Virus record (IMG/VR): IMGVR_UViG_3300033987_000055
Reading direction: 5' to 3' (one strand)
From: a virus
DNA length: 49,636 bases
A model generated the notes under the pieces. It did no database searches, was not told the origin of the DNA, and saw only the letters and a program-made list of their open reading frames with translations. The position numbers and the translations under genes were made by a program. Position 1 is the first letter of the stretch, and each line of letters starts with the position of its first letter. Positions 7,289-14,292 of this stretch are shown here, piece by piece.

Positions 7289-7311
7289 GAGGTAGGCTAT
7301 TCCTACCTCTT
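7289..7311. terminator. Bidirectional terminator between int and the RHH gene
   Basis: AGAGGTAGG-ctatt-CCTACCTCT, with A8 on one side and T-rich sequence on the other. Confidence 0.7.
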
Positions 7312-7443
7312 TAAGTATTCTCTTAATAGTTCTTCTATTATTTCATTTACATTTTTCCCTTCTTCTATTGCTTTAACTTTTATTTTTTTTAATAATTCAT
7401 CATCAATGTTTGTAGTAAACTTAACTTTTTTCTTTTTTCCCAT
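7303..7443 (-). CDS. Ribbon-helix-helix (CopG/Arc-like) protein, 46 aa
   Basis: Not in the ORF track. Sequence MGKKKKVKFTTNIDDELLKKIKVKAIEEGKNVNEIIEELLREYLKR has a basic beta-strand followed by two helices. Confidence 0.6.
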   Translation of the reverse strand: MGKKKKVKFTTNIDDELLKKIKVKAIEEGKNVNEIIEELLREYLKR

Positions 7444-7465
7444 GACACCACTCCTTTTATAATGA

Positions 7466-7521
7466 TAAAAAAATAGGACTGTCTATAAGTATACCATACG
7501 TGTATACCTATAAACAGTCCC
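7466..7521 (-). terminator. Strong terminator ending the GC-rich moron operon
   Basis: About 19-bp stem GGACTGTtTATAGGTATAC / GTATACtTATAgACAGTCC followed by TATTTTTTT on the minus strand. Confidence 0.8.
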
Positions 7522-7572
7522 TGTGACGGTGAGGAAAAATCCTCGTGTCGTGGGAATTAGAAATCATGGGAG

Positions 7573-8193
7573 CTAGAAAATATCTGACACTTCCCTTTCC
7601 TCCCATGTGGCAGCTAGCAGCTGCCCGTTTCTGTAAACATAGTAATGTGCCGCTGGCTGCCCGTATAATCTGCCACTGTATCCCGTTCTAAAAACTACAT
7701 TTTCTGGCATAATGGCTACTAGCTGTTCACCGCTCCCCATTCTACCAGCATCCCCCTGAGCGATAATGCCGGTAGTGAGAATTTCTCCGGGGAATGGATG
7801 GAACTCAAGTTCACGCCTAAAACCGGCATCTGGAGAATACTTGCTGATGTCTTCGCCGGGGTAACTTGCTTTGAGATACTCCCGGCTATATCTCTGTACC
7901 TCCTCCCAAGTGTATCTCTCTTTTCTGGGCACGCTTTTGGGGAAACTTGCGTACCATTCACGCACCCAGTATTCCTCCTTGCGGTCTCCTGTATGGGAGT
8001 TCCCTCCCCTGAAACCTATCTTTGTCCTGAAGATACAGATACATTTTTCTGTAGTATCTGCATCTTCTGTTTGGAACAACTTTGGCTTTCCTGCCTTAGT
8101 TGTTCCTATCTTGGCAAAATTGATATATGTGTAACCTTTTTCTTGCCATTTCTTGTAATCATTGGGAAGGAGTTGGACTGGGAGCACTCCCAA
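7573..8193 (-). CDS. Hypothetical protein (206 aa), compositionally foreign (about 50% GC by eye)
   Basis: ORF track, TTG start after a purine-rich GGAAGGAAG. I recognise no family. Overlapping plus-strand ORFs are artefacts of the high GC. Confidence 0.55.
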   Translation of the reverse strand: MGVLPVQLLPNDYKKWQEKGYTYINFAKIGTTKAGKPKLFQTEDADTTEKCICIFRTKIGFRGGNSHTGDRKEEYWVREWYASFPKSVPRKERYTWEEVQRYSREYLKASYPGEDISKYSPDAGFRRELEFHPFPGEILTTGIIAQGDAGRMGSGEQLVAIMPENVVFRTGYSGRLYGQPAAHYYVYRNGQLLAATWEEREVSDIF

Positions 8194-8310
8194 CTTCCTT
8201 CCTCTTCCTTCCTCACCTATGATGATTGCAGGGATGGTAATCCCCGCACCTTTTCGTAAAATTTTTCATAAACTGTCATCATTTAAACCCCTCCAATTTT
8301 ATTTTTTATT

Positions 8311-8383
8311 CCTGCCTAGCAGGTTGAGCGGAAAGGGAGAAAACTCCCCTCCTGGGGTTTCACCAGGAACTCCCTAGCCCTGC
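8311..8383 (-). ncRNA. Structured intercistronic element A (two hairpins closed by GCAGG/CCTGC)
   Basis: Plus-strand reading: CCTGC-cta-GCAGGTTGAGCG..GGGAG-aaaa-CTCCC..CCTGG-n7-CCAGG..CCCTAGCCCTGC. Contains the stop codon of the upstream ORF. Confidence 0.6.
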
Positions 8384-8697
8384 TGTACAACTTCAAGTAC
8401 TTTTCTGCATCTCTCTGATGATGGATAGCTTTTTGCTAAATAGTATATTGCATTTTTAATTTTTTGTGGTAGTTCGTTGTAATCTACTTTTTTCACTTCT
8501 ATGACTCTGGAGCTCTCTAAAAATCCAGAGTATAGTGGTCCTGGGTCTAATACTTCGTAAATTGTTCCATCGTCGTCGAGCACGTAATCCCCCTTTTCGA
8601 GAAAAGTAAAGGCAAATTTTAGTGAATCATAATCTGTTTTTCCTGATTTAGGAATAAACTTATAAAACGTACTTGGAAATTTAACATATAGTTTCAT
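8374..8697 (-). CDS. Hypothetical protein (107 aa), ends ..QQG inside element A
   Basis: ORF track. RBS GGAGTGG. Confidence 0.6.
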   Translation of the reverse strand: MKLYVKFPSTFYKFIPKSGKTDYDSLKFAFTFLEKGDYVLDDDGTIYEVLDPGPLYSGFLESSRVIEVKKVDYNELPQKIKNAIYYLAKSYPSSERCRKVLEVVQQG

Positions 8698-8727
8698 TTA
8701 AACCACTCCTTATATAATTATTTTTTC

Positions 8728-8802
8728 CCTGCCTTGCAGGTTGAGCGTTAGGGAGGAGAATCCTCCCCGCTGGAACTTCCCCAGCCTAGAACCTAGCCCT
8801 GC
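8728..8802 (-). ncRNA. Structured intercistronic element B
   Basis: CCTGC-ctt-GCAGGTTGAGCG..GGGAGG-n5-CCTCCC..CTGG-n7-CCAG..CCTAGCCCTGC. Confidence 0.6.
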
Positions 8803-9056
8803 AACTGACGTAAATGCTGAAGAATTTTCTGATACTTTTCCCTTTTGATAACCTCTTTTTGTCGAGTAGCCAATACATACTGTTGACCGTAAGGATAAAA
8901 CTCAATATGAGTTCCGATTCCAATTTGTCGAAGCTCTTGCACTAGTTCCCTTAGATCAGCTTTTGGAATAATCCAACGATTGTATTCTTTAATGGCGCAT
9001 TCCCCAATCAGAAAAAACACAATCATTTGAGAAGCATATTTTTCAATTGTTTTCAT
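8793..9056 (-). CDS. Hypothetical protein (87 aa), ends ..LQG inside element B
   Basis: ORF track. Confidence 0.6.
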   Translation of the reverse strand: MKTIEKYASQMIVFFLIGECAIKEYNRWIIPKADLRELVQELRQIGIGTHIEFYPYGQQYVLATRQKEVIKREKYQKILQHLRQLQG

Positions 9057-9074
9057 TATATTTCCCTCCTTTGA

Positions 9075-9140
9075 GCAGGTTGAGCGGAGCAGGAGAAAAT
9101 CTCCTGACCTCGGCTTTCACGAGGTAGTCCCTAGCCCTGC
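9075..9140 (-). ncRNA. Structured intercistronic element C
   Basis: GCAGGTTGAGCG..CAGGAG-n5-CTCCTG..CCTCG-n7-CGAGG..CCCTAGCCCTGC. Confidence 0.6.
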
Positions 9141-9343
9141 ACATCCTCAATATATACTTCAATGTCTCCATTTTGGAGTATATCAATCATTTCGATTCCC
9201 CCCTTTGCTATATCTTCGCCAAGACTTTTAAGACGTTGTAAACAATCACATACAAATTCATCTGAAATTTGTTCATCAGATAATCCATCACGATAAGTTG
9301 ATGGAATGACTATTTTTTGAAATCCATGTTTTATTTCTCTCAT
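9131..9343 (-). CDS. Hypothetical protein (70 aa), ends ..VQG inside element C
   Basis: ORF track. Confidence 0.6.
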   Translation of the reverse strand: MREIKHGFQKIVIPSTYRDGLSDEQISDEFVCDCLQRLKSLGEDIAKGGIEMIDILQNGDIEVYIEDVQG

Positions 9344-9360
9344 TTTTTTACCTCCTTTTA

Positions 9361-9909
9361 TTAAATTTGTTCTAATATAACCTCTATATATCCTACATCT
9401 TCTCTACCATCATTTATTTCCTTAATCCTAAACTGTGTTTCAGCTGGTATTAATATCTCTGCTTCATTTTCCATATCTCCATCGCTTCCTAGTAACTCCA
9501 TTAACTTCAAGTATACTTCATCATTGGCTAATTGATAAGCTAATTCGTCAGCTTGATCTTCTTCCATATCTAAATCATAGTAGAAATATTCAAATAGTTT
9601 GTCGTAACTGAAATATTGTACTTGATACCCTTCTACTTCTCCATCTACTATTAAAACATACATTATTGATCTATCTGTTTCAGGTATAAATTGTCTTGTA
9701 TTTTCAGCATTTGCATCCATCCAGCTTGTTGCTTTTCCTTGGTTATCCCAAATTTGACCTTCTTTTATATTCAGTTCGTAATCTGTAACTATAATTCTAG
9801 TAACTTCTGTTTTATAGTTTTTTAAATTTGCTATTAAGTTTCTTTTCTCTGCGTCTGTTATATTCATATCTAATATTTGCTTTATTTCTTCTCTGTTCTT
9901 AAATTTCAT
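9361..9909 (-). CDS. Hypothetical acidic protein (182 aa), first gene of the moron operon
   Basis: ORF track. Downstream of a consensus promoter. Confidence 0.65.
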   Translation of the reverse strand: MKFKNREEIKQILDMNITDAEKRNLIANLKNYKTEVTRIIVTDYELNIKEGQIWDNQGKATSWMDANAENTRQFIPETDRSIMYVLIVDGEVEGYQVQYFSYDKLFEYFYYDLDMEEDQADELAYQLANDEVYLKLMELLGSDGDMENEAEILIPAETQFRIKEINDGREDVGYIEVILEQI

Positions 9910-9944
9910 CTCTATTCCTCCTTGAATTTCCTTTTGTTATTTTA

Positions 9945-9973
9945 ATTATAATCTTAAAGTTATAATATGTCAA
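9945..9973 (-). promoter_or_regulatory. Consensus sigma-A-type promoter (TTGACA, 17-nt spacer, TATAAT)
   Basis: Minus strand: TTGACA at 9973..9968 and TATAAT at 9950..9945. Confidence 0.75.
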
Positions 9974-10021
9974 TACTTTTTTAAATATTTTTTTTACTAT
10001 TTTAAAGTTTTTGTTTGTTCT

Positions 10022-10050
10022 TTGACACATACCATTTAATATAGTAAAAT
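10022..10050 (+). promoter_or_regulatory. Near-consensus promoter (TTGACA, 17-nt spacer, TAAAAT) for the plus-strand HTH gene
   Basis: TTGACA at 10022..10027 and TAAAAT at 10045..10050. Confidence 0.7.
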
Positions 10051-10083
10051 AATAATTAGAAAGAACTAAAAAGGAGGGATTAA

Positions 10084-10353
10084 ATGATTAGCTATGAGCC
10101 ATTATTTCATACGCTATTAAGAAAGAAAAGAAAACTTTCAGACTTAGCAGAAGCAGGAATAAGCTCAAGAATAATAGCAAAGTTTAGAAAAAATGAGCAT
10201 GTAAACACGTCAACATTAGAAAAAATATGTTTATATCTTCAATGTAATATTGAAGATGTAATTGAAATTATCCCTGATAACCATAACGTCAATCCAGAGG
10301 TATATCATTCACCAAGTTGGCACCACAATGAACCAGATCCTGAAGATTACTAA
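10084..10353 (+). CDS. XRE-family HTH regulator (89 aa)
   Basis: KLSDLAEAGISSRIIAKFRKNEHVNTSTLEKICLYL. RBS AAGGAGGG. Confidence 0.75.
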   Translation: MISYEPLFHTLLRKKRKLSDLAEAGISSRIIAKFRKNEHVNTSTLEKICLYLQCNIEDVIEIIPDNHNVNPEVYHSPSWHHNEPDPEDY

Positions 10354-10386
10354 AAAGGCTCTAGAAAAAATCTAGAGCCTTTATTT
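10352..10386. terminator. Bidirectional terminator between convergent genes
   Basis: AGGCTCTAGA-aaaaa-TCTAGAGCCT, flanked by A-rich and T-rich runs. Confidence 0.75.
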
Positions 10387-11782
10387 CTTTATATATATTT
10401 TTCAATACCATTTCCTCGTTTTGCTGGTTCAAATAAGCTACTTTTACATTCTTTCCTTCAATTGCATTCATTGCTCTATAGTAGATTCCGTGGTTGAGAT
10501 AATTTACATAGATAAAAATAATATCAACACTATCTAAAATCTTTGTATCAAAATTAGCCTGATCTGGATGTATGAATATAAAGTTTGGCAACAATTCTTT
10601 CATTCTCTGTTGCCATTTCTCATGACCACCTATAAGTACAGCTTTATATTTTTTTAAGAATTCCATATCAACTTCTTCTTGTACTGTATACTCTTCCTGT
10701 CTATCTAAATTGAACATAAATTCTCTTAAGCCATTGAGTTCATTTCTGTTTTTCCTTTCTTCTGCTAATTCTGATTGAAGTCTCCTGTTTTCTTTTTCTA
10801 ATACTTCTATTTGTTGTTGTAATCTAGTAATTTCCTGTTTTGCTGAAAATAATTTCTCAGTAGCAGAGTTTAAAGATTTTTCTAATCCTTCTAACTCAAC
10901 ATACATAGTTTCTTTATTGTTTTTGAAGTACATTTCCTTTACTTGTTTGTATGCTTTAATCATGTATCTGATATACATATGAGCTACAAGGAATTTAGTT
11001 GCTTTTTCTATATCTTTTAAATCCTCTTTAAATAAAACATAAAGATACAATATTTCATCTATGTTTTTACTAGTAAATTTAATATCTTCAAATAATGAGA
11101 TACTAGAAATATTTTCATAATCAAACAAATAAGCAGCTGCATCCATTCCTTTTGCATCAAATCTGCATTGCAAAATATCATTAAAATTTAATATTTCTCC
11201 ATATTTCTTATAAATAGCCTGCTTCAGTTCCTTTATTTTTTGCTTATCTTCTTCTGTTGCTTTGTCTAATGATATTCTTGCTTCATTATCTTCTCCATAA
11301 TGTTCCCATCTAAAGGATAATAATGATAAATATTCTTTATAAGTTTCGTTCTCGATTATTTCTCTTTCTTTGTTAATAGCCAAAAAAAGTAGTACTACAG
11401 TATGATATTCTATATTAATGCCATTTTCATCTTCTTCTCCACCATATTTTTTCATAAATGCATATATGAATTTACTCAAATCAATTCGCAAATGATTTTC
11501 TGCATATGTATAGGTATACCTAAATCCTCTTTTGAATAATTTTTCTAATTCAATTACTAGCTTTTCATCTCTTGGACCAATTAGGATTCCTAATGCCTTC
11601 TTACAATATTCTTCTTGAATTAAAGAGCCTTCTTTTACTATTGGGTGATTATATAATTCATGTTCTTTAGCTGCTTTGTAATATTCGTATTTATTCTCTT
11701 GATATATTCTATCTATATCCTTGTAGATTTTTTTATTCGCTCCTAAAGCTTCTATCACGAAAGGTAGTAGATTTACCTGCAT
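10361..11782 (-). CDS. Hypothetical protein (473 aa) with a central coiled coil and a DUF2325-like C-terminus
   Basis: The C-terminal LIGGHEKWQQRMKELLPNFIFIHPD..DIIFIYVNYLNHGIYY resembles DUF2325. The coiled coil is ..ITRLQQQIEVLEKENRRLQSELAEERK. Confidence 0.6.
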   Translation of the reverse strand: MQVNLLPFVIEALGANKKIYKDIDRIYQENKYEYYKAAKEHELYNHPIVKEGSLIQEEYCKKALGILIGPRDEKLVIELEKLFKRGFRYTYTYAENHLRIDLSKFIYAFMKKYGGEEDENGINIEYHTVVLLFLAINKEREIIENETYKEYLSLLSFRWEHYGEDNEARISLDKATEEDKQKIKELKQAIYKKYGEILNFNDILQCRFDAKGMDAAAYLFDYENISSISLFEDIKFTSKNIDEILYLYVLFKEDLKDIEKATKFLVAHMYIRYMIKAYKQVKEMYFKNNKETMYVELEGLEKSLNSATEKLFSAKQEITRLQQQIEVLEKENRRLQSELAEERKNRNELNGLREFMFNLDRQEEYTVQEEVDMEFLKKYKAVLIGGHEKWQQRMKELLPNFIFIHPDQANFDTKILDSVDIIFIYVNYLNHGIYYRAMNAIEGKNVKVAYLNQQNEEMVLKNIYKEIKALDFF

Positions 11783-11816
11783 AATTGTCCCCCTTTGTAG
11801 TTTTTCTTATATTATA

Positions 11817-11843
11817 GCAAAAAAGGTAGGAGAAATTCCTACC
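11817..11843 (-). terminator. Terminator after the HNH-AP2 gene, immediately followed by an extended -10 (TGCTATAAT, 11819..11811)
   Basis: GGTAGGA-n5-TCCTACC followed by T6 on the minus strand. Confidence 0.6.
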
Positions 11844-11846
11844 CCA

Positions 11847-12659
11847 TCAATCTCTCGTATAAATTTTACCCCATAACTTTTCTTCTGCTATTTGTCTTGC
11901 TTGTTTAGCTTCTTCTAAACTTTCAAATGTACCTAGATAATAGCTTTTGCCTTCGTGCCCAATATAAGCATTATATTTTCCAGTATTTTTATTTAAAAAA
12001 ACGCCTTTTACCCCTGTTTTATTTCTTCTACTTAGCTTACTTCTCCTTACTATTTCTTTACTATCAACAATTATTATGTTCTTTTTTCTGCAATCTCTAG
12101 AGTCTTTATTTACATAAGAATAATGTTTCCCTTCTGGAAGCTCTCCAAATAAAAATTCAGGTAAATGTATTTTTTTATTTCTAATACTTACTGTTGCATA
12201 TCCTTGATTGTCTAAATAAACTTTATAATCTTTAATTTTTTCTATATTCTCATTATCAATCAATACTCTATCTTTGACTTTGTTTTTTTCATTGTAAGTT
12301 ACTATTTCTGCATAATTTTCTTTTTCTATTATTTCATTGCGGTCAAATCTGGTTCTGTCATAAATCTTCCTAAATTTTAACCATTGATCATAATGCCTTT
12401 GACATAAACCTTTCACTTTTGCTTTGTTATTACAACCACTAATACTGCATAATTCCCCTTCTTCATAATGCCTTTGAACAGGTTCTAATCCTATTGATTT
12501 TAAGAATTTATTCCAACTTCCAAATCTACGTGATATTAAACCTCTATGATGATATTTCTTATCATATTCTTTTAGGGTAGGGACTCTGCCAAGCTCTTCT
12601 TTTAATTCCAATACTTCTTTTATCAAATCATCGTTGCTTATTTTACTATTCATCTCCAT
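11847..12659 (-). CDS. HNH homing endonuclease with an AP2 DNA-binding domain
   Basis: N-terminal homing-endonuclease-associated repeat (FGSWNKFLKSIGL), Cys/His cluster CSISGCNNKAKVKGLCQRHY, HNH_3-like core, C-terminal AP2-like TGVKGVFLNKNTGKYNAYIGHEGKSYYLGTFESLEEA. Confidence 0.8.
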   Translation of the reverse strand: MEMNSKISNDDLIKEVLELKEELGRVPTLKEYDKKYHHRGLISRRFGSWNKFLKSIGLEPVQRHYEEGELCSISGCNNKAKVKGLCQRHYDQWLKFRKIYDRTRFDRNEIIEKENYAEIVTYNEKNKVKDRVLIDNENIEKIKDYKVYLDNQGYATVSIRNKKIHLPEFLFGELPEGKHYSYVNKDSRDCRKKNIIIVDSKEIVRRSKLSRRNKTGVKGVFLNKNTGKYNAYIGHEGKSYYLGTFESLEEAKQARQIAEEKLWGKIYTRD

Positions 12660-12721
12660 TCACCTCTAATATTATTTTACCTAAAAAAAAAGAAAAAGAG
12701 ATAGGATATAAATTCCTATCT

Positions 12722-13360
12722 CTATTCATCTTCTTCATTATTTTCAAGATAATCATCTGGATTAACATCGTATGCTTCAGCAAACTGTTCAAATGTTATG
12801 TCAATCCCATATATGTCTACAAATTCCTGATATGCTTCTTGTAAGCTATTATCTTGCCATGTACCAGCCCATTTAACTAGTCCTTTTAAATCTTTGTAAT
12901 AGCATTTGCTATACTCTCCTCTTTCATTAGAAACAACCACACTATCATAGTTCATATTATCTTTTATTATTTCAAGGAGATCTTCTGATAATTCTTTTAT
13001 TTCAGCTTCTTTTTCATAGTATAAATCTAAATCCCCATCAGGTACTAATTCTTTTTCTACTAGATTCTTTGCTAGTTCATCTAAGAACCTGTCAGTATTA
13101 TCACTGTCGTCAATAAAACCTACTCTATCCATTTCCTTCTCAATCTCCACTTTAGCTAAACTTAATAATTTTTCTAGCATTTTAATTTCCTCCTCATTAT
13201 TTTTAATAATAATCTGTTTTCCATCAAAGAATAATTTTAAATGTCTATTATCCTCACCTAACCCCATTTGCCTAATCCAACTAGTTGGTAATGTAACCCT
13301 AAATGTTGAGCTGCCGCTACCTGCTTTATTAACCACCATTTTCACTCGTCTTGTTTGCAT
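12722..13360 (-). CDS. AbrB/SpoVT/MazE-type DNA-binding domain protein with an acidic C-terminal extension
   Basis: N-terminus GSSTFRVTLPTSWIRQMGLGEDNRHLKLFFDGKQIIIK resembles a swapped-hairpin barrel. Confidence 0.65.
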   Translation of the reverse strand: MQTRRVKMVVNKAGSGSSTFRVTLPTSWIRQMGLGEDNRHLKLFFDGKQIIIKNNEEEIKMLEKLLSLAKVEIEKEMDRVGFIDDSDNTDRFLDELAKNLVEKELVPDGDLDLYYEKEAEIKELSEDLLEIIKDNMNYDSVVVSNERGEYSKCYYKDLKGLVKWAGTWQDNSLQEAYQEFVDIYGIDITFEQFAEAYDVNPDDYLENNEEDE

Positions 13361-13410
13361 TTAAATTCTCCTTTCTATTTTTTATTAATTGAGCCCTTTT
13401 GCAGGGCTCA

Positions 13411-13749
13411 TTATTTAATTACTATATAGTGATTTCTACTTAATATTTCTCCATCTACTAATACATCAAAGTAAATTCTTACTTTTCCATAATTAGCCCA
13501 TAATTTTTGTTTTATTACTTCACATTTTCCTTCTCCTAAGTATCTTTCTTCTTTTGGTATTCCAAAATCCTTATCATTCCATAGTCCCCTAGCTTTCATT
13601 GCTCTTCTAGTTTCTTTGTCGTCATATAACCTACCAGTAAATTCTCTATTTATACCATTGAATTTAGCTAATATATTTTCTATATTTTCTATATCTTCTG
13701 TAGCTATCCCCATTTCCTCTAATTTTTTCCTTATGTCTTTATCTAACAT
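13411..13749 (-). CDS. Hypothetical protein (112 aa)
   Basis: ORF track. First gene behind the consensus promoter at 13794..13822. Confidence 0.6.
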   Translation of the reverse strand: MLDKDIRKKLEEMGIATEDIENIENILAKFNGINREFTGRLYDDKETRRAMKARGLWNDKDFGIPKEERYLGEGKCEVIKQKLWANYGKVRIYFDVLVDGEILSRNHYIVIK

Positions 13750-13793
13750 TTTAACTATCCCCTTTCTTTTTTTATTTTCTTATCTTTAATTTT

Positions 13794-13822
13794 ATTATAA
13801 ATGACGTAACGTTATTTGTCAA
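13794..13822 (-). promoter_or_regulatory. Consensus promoter (TTGACA, 17-nt spacer, TATAAT) with a palindromic spacer
   Basis: TTGACA at 13822..13817 and TATAAT at 13799..13794. The spacer holds the near-palindrome AAATAACGTTACGTCATTT. Confidence 0.75.
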
Positions 13823-13841
13823 TATTATTTTTAAATTTTTT

Positions 13842-13874
13842 CAAAAAAATAAAAAAAGCAGGGATTACCCCTGC
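13842..13874 (-). terminator. Rho-independent terminator
   Basis: GCAGGG-n5-CCCTGC followed by T7AT7 on the minus strand. Confidence 0.7.
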
Positions 13875-14004
13875 TTATATTTACAAAAACTCTCTATAAC
13901 GCCCGTAAGCTTTCATACACGCATTTTATTTTGCTTAATGACCTTAACTATGGCTAACTATATTTTCGTGCGTTATAAGGCAAAATAAGAAGTTATTTTT
14001 TGTA

Positions 14005-14040
14005 CAAAAAATAAAAAAAGCCAGGGATAAAACCCTGGCT
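14005..14040 (-). terminator. Rho-independent terminator after the lysis cassette
   Basis: AGCCAGGG-n6-CCCTGGCT followed by TTTTTTATTTTTT on the minus strand. Confidence 0.8.
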
Positions 14041-14041
14041 A

Positions 14042-14281
14042 TCACTTAATAGCTTCTATTGTATTCTTTCCACCACTATAAAGTCCTACTGCAGATAATC
14101 CTATATATATTCCCTTAATTATTCCTGCCTTTAGATTACCTTCAGTAAATAATAATATTCCTGTACCAATCCCTAACAGAAGTGATATTATTGGTATATA
14201 TTTTTTGTTTAGACCTAGTTTTTTAATCACTTCTAATATTCCTATGAGCAATGGTATTATAGCTATTCCTGCGTATTCCAT
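14042..14281 (-). CDS. Holin
   Basis: 79 aa with two or three TM segments, immediately downstream of the endolysin. Confidence 0.7.
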   Translation of the reverse strand: MEYAGIAIIPLLIGILEVIKKLGLNKKYIPIISLLLGIGTGILLFTEGNLKAGIIKGIYIGLSAVGLYSGGKNTIEAIK

Positions 14282-14292
14282 ACTAATTCCTC

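Noticed and set aside
7719-8377. Cluster of overlapping ORFs (7719..7961 minus; 7798..8259, 7871..8134 and 8162..8377 plus) around the 206-aa gene.
   Set aside because: The local GC content of about 50% removes stop codons in all frames. Only 7573..8193 is co-linear with the operon and is followed by the terminator. The others lack an RBS and cross the structured element.
8311-9140. Integron attC sites. The elements contain GTTGAGC (= GTTRRRY) / GCTCAAC (= RYYYAAC), and the ORF-element pattern looks like a cassette array.
   Set aside because: Only one core-like heptamer is present per element, and it sits at the wrong end relative to ORF orientation. Its complement is absent from the other end (the ends pair through GCAGG/CCTGC instead). 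No tyrosine IntI integrase or attI site is present.
8311-9140. Known small self-cleaving ribozymes or riboswitches (hammerhead, twister, HDV-like, pistol, guanidine-I/ykkC) as identities for the two-hairpin elements.
   Set aside because: The junction lengths (about 11, 1-2 and 11 nt) do not fit a hammerhead. The loops contain CUGGUGA/GAAA-like strings, but not in core positions. The AAGC/GGGC twister pseudoknot boxes are missing, and no strand lies between the hairpins to form an HDV P1. The GCUAGGG..UUCC resemblance to ykkC is short, and the GGUCCGAGAG and ACGGCGGGA blocks are absent.
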